DNA of 64,000 nucleotides from Nitrospirales bacterium (GTDB taxonomy: Bacteria; Nitrospirota; Nitrospiria; Nitrospirales; UBA8639). The position numbers and the translations under genes are program-made. The notes beneath the pieces are model-generated. The model saw only the letters and a list, made by a program, of their open reading frames with translations. It searched no databases and was not told where the DNA came from. Below are positions 49,664 to 57,965 of the stretch, in pieces; within the stretch, counting starts at the first letter, position 1; each line of letters starts with the position of its first letter. The DNA lies in assembly GCA_965223295.1 (NCBI GenBank), contig CBDCWC010000002.1, positions 832,001-896,000 of the forward strand. Direction: 5' to 3'.

Positions 49664-50897
49664 CTGCTTCTAAGAGAGTCAGACCTAACCGTTCTTTCAA
49701 CAAACCTCGTACTCGCTCGACGTATCCCTCCGCCACGGATCCATCTGAAAAGGGCAACAACACCAGCAAGCGTTGTTCGACTTCCCCACCCAGGTACCAA
49801 ATTTCATCCAATCCTCTTGCCGTTTTTAAAATCATACCCACTGCCTGATCTTGCACAGGGGTGTCATCAAACCGCAAGAAGATCAATTGACTTTCCAATC
49901 CTAACTCTTGCTGCAGACGAGTTAACCTTGTCAATTCACGGGCAAATGGAACCGGACATTCAGGGAATTGCTCTAAGATACCTTCAGAAAGTTGAGCGCT
50001 GTAGACTCCATCAGCAAAGTATCCAAGGAATGCTTGAAGCATCAGCAAATTGTCTCGATGCAAATTAAGAAACCGCATTTGTTTGACCACCAACCACGCC
50101 ACAATTGTGCCATCACTTCGCTTGGCCGGGGCCATAATGAGATAGTCTGTGGTATTTAAGAATGATCCATCAGCCATCACAATATGAGAAAATTCTTCAG
50201 TCTCCAAGGCATGCGTCACTAATGGATCCTCCAGAACTAAAGCTGGAGGATCCCCAATGACAGCTAAGGCATCCGGTTGAATTCCTGATGGCCCAACAGA
50301 AAGCATTGATGCCACTTCAAATTGAAAATACTGTGCAACCAGAGTCAGAAATTTATGCGCGCCTATCTCTGAAATCTCTTCTTCTGTATCGACAAAAAAC
50401 CCCCGCAGGCGAGTCAGGGCATCCCGTAAAGTCAAAGGACGACTTGTTAAATGTTTTTCGAGTTGTTGATGAGACATTCCAAGCAAATGATAAGATTGAG
50501 TGATTTCATGAACACGCCGGCGCAAATACTCGTTCCACTCCCTAATTTGCGTGAGATGAATGTTCCACTGACTCCCGAATTCACCTGTCAACAAGGTCAA
50601 AAAGAGTAAGCCAACTACATAGGACTTCCCAATTGGGGGAAAAGGATGACCCAAGATCTGATCCGTCATTAACCAGCCTCCTAGGATCATGCCGCTTGAC
50701 AACATCCCGGCCCACATCCCATAACGAAGAGCGACCAAAAGAGGAGCCATCCAAATCCAGGGAAAGGGATAGGTCGACAAAAATGGATCTTCTGGCTTGA
50801 TCCAGCTTGCTAGCCCCAAGATACCAATCGTGAGCAACACGGCCTCCCCCCATTGCCATCGACGGGGAAGAATACGTAAATGAAGAGGAACGTTCAT
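49548..50897 (-). CDS. pelD: c-di-GMP receptor with TM, GAF and degenerate GGDEF domains
   Basis: FPWIWMAPLLVALRYG, SH.QLE..L...P.TLR.AL, RxxD I-site (RGLD), VLLPF. Confidence 0.9.
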   Translation of the reverse strand: MNVPLHLRILPRRWQWGEAVLLTIGILGLASWIKPEDPFLSTYPFPWIWMAPLLVALRYGMWAGMLSSGMILGGWLMTDQILGHPFPPIGKSYVVGLLFLTLLTGEFGSQWNIHLTQIREWNEYLRRRVHEITQSYHLLGMSHQQLEKHLTSRPLTLRDALTRLRGFFVDTEEEISEIGAHKFLTLVAQYFQFEVASMLSVGPSGIQPDALAVIGDPPALVLEDPLVTHALETEEFSHIVMADGSFLNTTDYLIMAPAKRSDGTIVAWLVVKQMRFLNLHRDNLLMLQAFLGYFADGVYSAQLSEGILEQFPECPVPFARELTRLTRLQQELGLESQLIFLRFDDTPVQDQAVGMILKTARGLDEIWYLGGEVEQRLLVLLPFSDGSVAEGYVERVRGLLKERLGLTLLEAGVHVRCHELEESNPTILVERILEGAAPRLSAAGVGRIE

Positions 50898-51440
50898 TTA
50901 AATATGCAGTTGAGCCTGCTCTAAAAGTTGACGAACAAGTTTCTGAGCCACCGCGCTCACAGCTTCTCGCCCCCACCCCGTTTGAGCGCCAACTCCACTC
51001 CACACCACATCTCCAGTGTTCACGTCCAACACCTGCAAGGTCATTCCGACCGCGGGCTCTCCATCCACACCCACCTTATAGCGCCATTCATCGACAGCTC
51101 CTGTGAGCGCATAGCGAGCCTCCTGTGTTTTTGCCCACGACAACCCAGTTTCTCGAAGGACGGCAGGAGAATCTAGCTCGAGAGGGTCGAAATTCTGTGT
51201 TAACGAGAATTGTTTCGAAGAAGGCACTCCCATGGCCAACAACATACTGGTAGAAATCGCTTCCACCCGTCGACCCGCCTGGGGAGTTTCCGTCAAATTG
51301 ACAAAAGGCAACACTGCCCACGTTGCATTACTTGAAAGTGACGGGGCGACAGATGAATCGATCACTGAACAGCCTCCACCCACAACAAGACTGAGCATAG
51401 CCACAAGCACCCATTCGAACTGCAATATTTCCCGCATCAT
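50898..51440 (-). CDS. pelC: Pel export outer-membrane lipoprotein
   Basis: Lipobox GGC, LPFVNLTETPQAG, EWRYKVGVDGEPAVG. Confidence 0.95.
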   Translation of the reverse strand: MMREILQFEWVLVAMLSLVVGGGCSVIDSSVAPSLSSNATWAVLPFVNLTETPQAGRRVEAISTSMLLAMGVPSSKQFSLTQNFDPLELDSPAVLRETGLSWAKTQEARYALTGAVDEWRYKVGVDGEPAVGMTLQVLDVNTGDVVWSGVGAQTGWGREAVSAVAQKLVRQLLEQAQLHI

Positions 51441-51452
51441 TGACCTCCTTCA

Positions 51453-54400
51453 TTAAAACCAAAATTGGTAGTGCATTCCCCATTCCGTCACCGTCGCATT
51501 TTGACCAAATCCCCCACGTAAATAGCGTCCAAAGAGAGAGAGGCGATCTTGTCCAAACAGACTTCCATCCACTCCTCCGGAAATATTTCCGCCCACGCCT
51601 GTTTCCGCATTTACATTCACGCCACCAAACAAGAAAGGGCGAATCGCTTGGCCATAAGTAAATAAGACCGATTCGCCGACACCGCCTCCTATTTCAATCT
51701 GATGAAATTTTTCTGGTAACACCTGACTCGCGGGAACGGTGGAAGGGCTGGAAGGGAAGAGAGAAGGCAGTTTTCCTGAAACGCTGGATTGCTGAGAATA
51801 ATTTTGCAAACTGCCCGACACACGAATGCTAAGATCTGGATAGGCCAGTCGAAAATGATGCGACCAGGCTCCTTCAATCGCGACTCCCTGTCCTAAGAAT
51901 TTTCGGTCTTGACTATAGAATCGTGGATAATCAAATTGAAGAAACGTGTTGTCCCACTTACTGACCTGATAACTATGAGTCAACCGAAGAAGATCTTTGG
52001 CCCCACCTATGAACATGCCAACAGACGTATCGGCCTCCAAATTTCGTCCAGCCAAGAATTCAGTTGTCGCCCTTCTACCCCACTTCACTTGAGCACGCCC
52101 ACGAAGCGCCGTTAATGACGCAAGAGCTTTGCGATGATACAGAGTAAATTCTCCAAGACTAGATCCCATATTCCATCGTACATGTGCACCAAATCGAGTA
52201 TCAGCCGTGGGCACACGACGAAAAACATCCTTGTCTGCTATCTGTTGCCATCGACGGCTCATAAAGGGAGAAAATTCCATTCCCCTGCCTAAAGGAATGG
52301 TCCAAAGATGTTCAAAGTTTTGCGATAGGAGCGGAGAACGATCTTGAAAAAGAAAACGAGTCATCACACTGGGCGTATGACTCCACAGTTGCCCGGTCAA
52401 TGGTAATCGCTGCGGAGAATCCAACGGAGAAGAAACATTGGAAATCATGGAATCCGTCAAGGCCTGAGCGTAGAGATTTGAATCCGGTGATTCTGCTATA
52501 CCTTCTACCGCCAGAGTTTGTACCAGCCGATTTTGATTAAGCTGTTTGGCAGCCGACACTTGTTGCAAACGATCTAACGAAGGAGACTTGGCTGTTAACA
52601 GCCGATTGATTGCGACCCAATCATCTTCAACCAACGCCAGCGCAATTTCTGCAAAGGCTGGCTTTGACAGTTGGCGGCCATAAAAACGCCATAGCCAAAA
52701 CCGAGCTGGATCGTATTTTTCACGGCTCAAATACCAGGATACGATGAGTTCTTGAGCTGAAGCATCTTGTGTCCCCTGGAGAATTTGCGAAAAAATCGAA
52801 GCAAGGCGATCACCTGTTTCTCGTGTCAGGGCCAATCGAGCATAAGCCAATGTGACATCTCGATCCCAGACCACATCATTGCTAGTTTTGGCTTCCTTTC
52901 GTAGGGTTAGCCACGCATATTGGCGCAATCTCCAGGCGCGTTCACCATGCCCAGATGTCTCTAAGGCATCCGCGTAATACAGTACCCACAAATAGTCTTG
53001 TGAATCCTCTCGATACTTTCGTTCGAAGTAGGGCAATGCCTCGCGCGGTTGGTCAAGCAGCATATAGGCGGTGGCAAAACCTCCCCAAAAACGCGAATCT
53101 TTTTCCGCCAACCCATTCCACTTGCTGACCAAAGGCTTGAGTTCGCCTAACCTTTGATGATCAATAAGCAACCACATCACCGCTAAACGAATTTCTCGGG
53201 AATCAGGGTCCCGCCGTAAGGCTTCTTGATAGGCCAATAAGGCTTCATCTACTTTTCCCAAGTGAGACAAGGTTTCTGCACGAACGAGCCAATACTGTTG
53301 TTGGGGTTCAAGTCGTTGCTGTTGTATGGGAGTCAACCCTTCCAACATCTGGTTAACCGCTCCCCATTTTCCCTTTTGCATCAGGATATCTAAACCTAAG
53401 AAAAAGAATCCCACGGTTGAAAATTTATTCCATCCTTGTTGTGCTAATTCAACAGCACGATCAGGTTGCGCTTCTTTCACCAATAAAACATATCGCTCGA
53501 ACTCATGAGCCAACAATTCTTCCTGTTTGAACAGATTGTTATATGCACGACGAGCCACATTATCGTCTTGAAGATCCCAGGCTAAATCTCCCAATGTCTT
53601 CCAATAATCAGTATCTACTGATGACGCTTCATTCTGTTTTTCCAAAAGGATGGCCAAAGCCTCATTCATCTTTCCATGTTGATACAACAAATTTGCTCGT
53701 TTTTTGGCCATGGCCAATGTACTCCCAAACTTTTCGTCAATCTCAGAAAAGACCGCCATCGCCTCCTGCGTATGTCCCATACGCTCATAGAGTAATCCTA
53801 AATAGTCAAACAACTTCGGCTGTGGATCTTTTCCTAAGACTTCCTGCAACTTTATGACGGCTTTCTCTGGTTGTCCTATTTTTTCATAGGCCATTGCCAA
53901 ATCTTTCACCTCTTCTAATGACAAGCTAGATTGTTCATCAAGTTTTTCAAGTCCTAACACCCAAGCCTGATGATCATTTAATCCGCGCCCCAACCGCACC
54001 AGTGCCGCCCACGCCTCTTCTGTGGGGGCCTGTTCTGCCACCACCTGCCATTGCGCCAACGCCTCCGCACTGCGACCCGTCCATTCCGCCACCTGCGCCC
54101 ACCGCTGCCGCCATCGCATGTCCTCCGGTACCGCCTGCCCGGCTGCCCGGGCCACTGCATACGCCGGCTCTACCTGCCCGTTCTCCACATACACCGTATA
54201 TGCGAGCTCATATAGCTCGGCCTCATACATCGGCGACTTATTAGCCCACAGCGCCGCCAGATACGACTGCGCCTGTGCCCCAGCACCCGCGGCCCGCAAC
54301 GCCGCCACCGCCTGCACCACGGCCGTCCCGTCTCTCGCTAACGCCCCCGTCAGCTGCTGCGCCACCGCCACTGGGACGGCTTCATGCTTTTGCCCCGCCA

Positions 54401-57400
54401 CCAGCGCCGCCAACCCCGCCGCAAACGCCGCCCGCTGAGCTGCTCGCGTTGTCGCCTGTGCTTGCACTTCAAACCACCAGGCGGCCGCCTGCTGATACGC
54501 CCCCTGCCCTAACGCCGCTCGCGCACTCTGCCCATACCACTCCTGCGCCTGCCCCGCCGGCCCTACCGCCACCAAGCGCTCGAGCACCTGTGCCACCAAG
54601 CCCCACGCCTGCTGCCCTAGCGCCACCTGCAACAACTGCTCCCCCTCGGCCACCGTCTGCACCGTCGGCACTAACGCGTCGACCTGTGCCTGTAACGCTT
54701 GTCCATCAGCCACTGCCCCTTCACCAGCCACCTGCCGCTGCCGCACGTCCAATAACGCCCACTGCGCCGCCCGCTGGAGCTCGCTAGGCCCTTGTGCCAC
54801 CACCAGGGCTAACGCATCGGCTGCACTCATCAGCTCACCGGGCGCTGCCAGCGTCGGCGCAACGCGCACCAGTGCCGCCCACGCCTCTTCTGTGGGGGCC
54901 TGTTCTGCCACCACCTGCCATTGCGCCAACGCCTCCGCACTGCGACCCGTCCATTCCGCCACCTGCGCCCACCGCTGCCGCCATCGCATGTCCTCCGGTA
55001 CCGCCTGCCCGGCTGCCCGGGCCACTGCATACGCCGGCTCTACCTGCCCGTTCTCCACATACACCGTATATGCGAGCTCATATAGCTCGGCCTCATACAT
55101 CGGCGACTTATTAGCCCACAGCGCCGCCAGATACGACTGCGCCTGTGCCCCAGCACCCGCGGCCCGCAACGCCGCCACCGCCTGCACCACGGCCGTCCCG
55201 TCTCTCGCTAACGCCCCCGTCAGCTGCTGCGCCACCGCCACTGGGACGGCTTCATGCTTTTGCCCCGCCACCAGCGCCGCCAACCCCGCCGCAAACGCCG
55301 CCCGCTGAGCTGCTCGCGTTGTCGCCTGTGCTTGCACTTCAAACCACCAGGCGGCCGCCTGCTGATACGCCCCCTGCCCTAACGCCGCTCGCGCACTCTG
55401 CCCATACCACTCCTGCGCCTGCCCCGCCGGCCCTACCGCCACCAAGCGCTCGAGCACCTGTGCCACCAAGCCCCACGCCTGCTGCCCTAGCGCCACCTGC
55501 AACAACTGCTCCCCCTCGGCCACCGTCTGCACCGTCGGCACTAACGCGTCGACCTGTGCCTGTAACGCTTGTCCATCAGCCACTGCCCCTTCACCAGCCA
55601 CCTGCCGCTGCCGCACGTCCAATAACGCCCACTGCGCCGCCCGCTGGAGCTCGCTAGGCCCTTGTGCCACCACCAGGGCTAACGCATCGGCTGCACTCAT
55701 CAGCTCACCGGGCGCTGCCAGCGTCGGCGCAACGCGCACCAGTGCCGCCCACGCCTCTTCTGTGGGGGCCTGTTCTGCCACCACCTGCCATTGCGCCAAC
55801 GCCTCCGCACTGCGACCCGTCCATTCCGCCACCTGCGCCCACCGCTGCCGCCATCGCATGTCCTCCGGTACCGCCTGCCCGGCTGCCCGGGCCACTGCAT
55901 ACGCCGGCTCTACCTGCCCGTTCTCCACATACACCGTATATGCGAGCTCATATAGCTCGGCCTCATACATCGGCGACTTATTAGCCCACAGCGCCGCCAG
56001 ATACGACTGCGCCTGTGCCCCAGCACCCGCGGCCCGCAACGCCGCCACCGCCTGCACCACGGCCGTCCCGTCTCTCGCTAACGCCCCCGTCAGCTGCTGC
56101 GCCACCGCCACTGGGACGGCTTCATGCTTTTGCCCCGCCACCAGCGCCGCCAACCCCGCCGCAAACGCCGCCCGCTGAGCTGCTCGCGTTGTCGCCTGTG
56201 CTTGCACTTCAAACCACCAGGCGGCCGCCTGCTGATACGCCCCCTGCCCTAACGCCGCTCGCGCACTCTGCCCATACCACTCCTGCGCCTGCCCCGCCGG
56301 CCCTACCGCCACCAAGCGCTCGAGCACCTGTGCCACCAAGCCCCACGCCTGCTGCCCTAGCGCCACCTGCAACAACTGCTCCCCCTCGGCCACCGTCTGC
56401 ACCGTCGGCACTAACGCGTCGACCTGTGCCTGTAACGCTTGTCCATCAGCCACTGCCCCTTCACCAGCCACCTGCCGCTGCCGCACGTCCAATAACGCCC
56501 ACTGCGCCGCCCGCTGGAGCTCGCTAGGCCCTTGTGCCACCACCAGGGCTAACGCATCGGCTGCACTCATCAGCTCACCGGGCGCTGCCAGCGTCGGCGC
56601 AACGCGCACCAGTGCCGCCCACGCCTCTTCTGTGGGGGCCTGTTCTGCCACCACCTGCCATTGCGCCAACGCCTCCGCACTGCGACCCGTCCATTCCGCC
56701 ACCTGCGCCCACCGCTGCCGCCATCGCATGTCCTCCGGTACCGCCTGCCCGGCTGCCCGGGCCACTGCATACGCCGGCTCTACCTGCCCGTTCTCCACAT
56801 ACACCGTATATGCGAGCTCATAGACTTCTGGATCATAAGGACGAAACGTTTTCTTTGTTGCGACTGACAAATTTGTTGTTGCGATTGAATTACTTTTTAC
56901 AAACAACCGGTTCCATTTTGTTTTCTTTTCATTTCTTTTCCATGGAAACACTTCCTGAAAAAATGAGAATTGCATACTTATCCCGGAATAGAAAATTTGC
57001 CTAGAAGGAATATGTGAAACAAACCGAGTTCTTACATCCCAACGACTGGATACATGCAAAAGCTTTTCAACATATTTTTTTGCAAACGCTCCATTTCCTG
57101 CAGCTCGTCCTAACTTCACGAGAAATTTCAAGGTGATATCATCCTGATCGAGGTCTCCCAAATGTTTTTCTGCTTGCACTAACGCATCCTTCAGTTGATT
57201 GCCTGATACCAACGCCTTCAAGGCAGAAAGAAAATCTTCCCGTCTCTGCTCAAGCCCTTTACTTCGATCACGCGCCATAAAAAAGAAATCGGCAGCTTTG
57301 GCATATGCACTTTTTTGAAGAGCAAGCTTAGCCCCTTTCCGGTACCACGTAGCTTGATGGGCAGGATCATGCTGAGCGATTTCCTCATAGACAACCATTG

Positions 57401-57965
57401 CTAGCTCCCAATCCCGTACGAGAAGCGCTGACTCTGCCAAACTAGGAAGGATGTCTTTAGAGGGTAAATTTTGCAATATAGTCCGTATTCTTTTTGCTAT
57501 CATCTGTTCCTGCCTGAGCACTTCTTGATCATCTTGTTCTCCAGCTAATATCCGCATTTCCATGATCTGGAGATCCAGCAACAGCCCCTTATTTGGTAGG
57601 GTCTGATTCCTTCCGTCCAAGAGAGGTTTCAATGTTTCTTGTGCTTCATTCAATTCACCAAGCTGTAGCTGTTTCTGAGCTAGTAGGATGCGCCGTGATT
57701 CGTCTTCTGGATTTTTATGCTGAATATTCTTTAAAAAAAACAGACTAACATTATCGGGATCTTCAACAGTTTCAATTTGGTCCAGAATTGGTTGATTGAC
57801 ATACAACATCCACATGACCAGTCCGACGCTTACTCCTAATCCAATAAGTTTCCAAACTGGAAACAGTCGTTCCTCTGGCTTGGCAGATTTCGCAACATCA
57901 TTGACAGGCGAGTGAAACAATTTGATTCTGCCCCTTACCAAAGTGAAGCTTGAGATCTGATCCAT
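51453..57965 (-). CDS. pelB: PelB TPR/beta-barrel export protein, expanded to 2170 aa
   Basis: TPR-rich body (YELAYTVY.ENG, WAQVAEWTGR, DYLWVLYYADALE) and a C-terminal barrel ending YQFWF; lies between pelA and pelC. Confidence 0.92.
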   Translation of the reverse strand: MDQISSFTLVRGRIKLFHSPVNDVAKSAKPEERLFPVWKLIGLGVSVGLVMWMLYVNQPILDQIETVEDPDNVSLFFLKNIQHKNPEDESRRILLAQKQLQLGELNEAQETLKPLLDGRNQTLPNKGLLLDLQIMEMRILAGEQDDQEVLRQEQMIAKRIRTILQNLPSKDILPSLAESALLVRDWELAMVVYEEIAQHDPAHQATWYRKGAKLALQKSAYAKAADFFFMARDRSKGLEQRREDFLSALKALVSGNQLKDALVQAEKHLGDLDQDDITLKFLVKLGRAAGNGAFAKKYVEKLLHVSSRWDVRTRFVSHIPSRQIFYSGISMQFSFFQEVFPWKRNEKKTKWNRLFVKSNSIATTNLSVATKKTFRPYDPEVYELAYTVYVENGQVEPAYAVARAAGQAVPEDMRWRQRWAQVAEWTGRSAEALAQWQVVAEQAPTEEAWAALVRVAPTLAAPGELMSAADALALVVAQGPSELQRAAQWALLDVRQRQVAGEGAVADGQALQAQVDALVPTVQTVAEGEQLLQVALGQQAWGLVAQVLERLVAVGPAGQAQEWYGQSARAALGQGAYQQAAAWWFEVQAQATTRAAQRAAFAAGLAALVAGQKHEAVPVAVAQQLTGALARDGTAVVQAVAALRAAGAGAQAQSYLAALWANKSPMYEAELYELAYTVYVENGQVEPAYAVARAAGQAVPEDMRWRQRWAQVAEWTGRSAEALAQWQVVAEQAPTEEAWAALVRVAPTLAAPGELMSAADALALVVAQGPSELQRAAQWALLDVRQRQVAGEGAVADGQALQAQVDALVPTVQTVAEGEQLLQVALGQQAWGLVAQVLERLVAVGPAGQAQEWYGQSARAALGQGAYQQAAAWWFEVQAQATTRAAQRAAFAAGLAALVAGQKHEAVPVAVAQQLTGALARDGTAVVQAVAALRAAGAGAQAQSYLAALWANKSPMYEAELYELAYTVYVENGQVEPAYAVARAAGQAVPEDMRWRQRWAQVAEWTGRSAEALAQWQVVAEQAPTEEAWAALVRVAPTLAAPGELMSAADALALVVAQGPSELQRAAQWALLDVRQRQVAGEGAVADGQALQAQVDALVPTVQTVAEGEQLLQVALGQQAWGLVAQVLERLVAVGPAGQAQEWYGQSARAALGQGAYQQAAAWWFEVQAQATTRAAQRAAFAAGLAALVAGQKHEAVPVAVAQQLTGALARDGTAVVQAVAALRAAGAGAQAQSYLAALWANKSPMYEAELYELAYTVYVENGQVEPAYAVARAAGQAVPEDMRWRQRWAQVAEWTGRSAEALAQWQVVAEQAPTEEAWAALVRLGRGLNDHQAWVLGLEKLDEQSSLSLEEVKDLAMAYEKIGQPEKAVIKLQEVLGKDPQPKLFDYLGLLYERMGHTQEAMAVFSEIDEKFGSTLAMAKKRANLLYQHGKMNEALAILLEKQNEASSVDTDYWKTLGDLAWDLQDDNVARRAYNNLFKQEELLAHEFERYVLLVKEAQPDRAVELAQQGWNKFSTVGFFFLGLDILMQKGKWGAVNQMLEGLTPIQQQRLEPQQQYWLVRAETLSHLGKVDEALLAYQEALRRDPDSREIRLAVMWLLIDHQRLGELKPLVSKWNGLAEKDSRFWGGFATAYMLLDQPREALPYFERKYREDSQDYLWVLYYADALETSGHGERAWRLRQYAWLTLRKEAKTSNDVVWDRDVTLAYARLALTRETGDRLASIFSQILQGTQDASAQELIVSWYLSREKYDPARFWLWRFYGRQLSKPAFAEIALALVEDDWVAINRLLTAKSPSLDRLQQVSAAKQLNQNRLVQTLAVEGIAESPDSNLYAQALTDSMISNVSSPLDSPQRLPLTGQLWSHTPSVMTRFLFQDRSPLLSQNFEHLWTIPLGRGMEFSPFMSRRWQQIADKDVFRRVPTADTRFGAHVRWNMGSSLGEFTLYHRKALASLTALRGRAQVKWGRRATTEFLAGRNLEADTSVGMFIGGAKDLLRLTHSYQVSKWDNTFLQFDYPRFYSQDRKFLGQGVAIEGAWSHHFRLAYPDLSIRVSGSLQNYSQQSSVSGKLPSLFPSSPSTVPASQVLPEKFHQIEIGGGVGESVLFTYGQAIRPFLFGGVNVNAETGVGGNISGGVDGSLFGQDRLSLFGRYLRGGFGQNATVTEWGMHYQFWF
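53995..56822. repeat. In-frame tandem repeat, 870-bp unit x about 3.25
   Basis: AGTGCCGCCCACGCC recurs at 54001, 54871, 55741 and 56611. No differences seen between copies; ORF-track translations repeat exactly. Confidence 0.97.

Noticed and set aside
53995-56822. Possible CRISPR array or tandem IS copies
   Set aside because: The unit is 870 bp, has no spacers or terminal IRs, and is in frame within pelB. No CRISPR array or cas gene was seen anywhere in the window.
54002-57004. Repeated Pro/Ala-rich ORFs on the + strand and short alternative-frame ORFs
   Set aside because: Shadows of the GC-rich pelB repeat, with no independent RBS or family signal.
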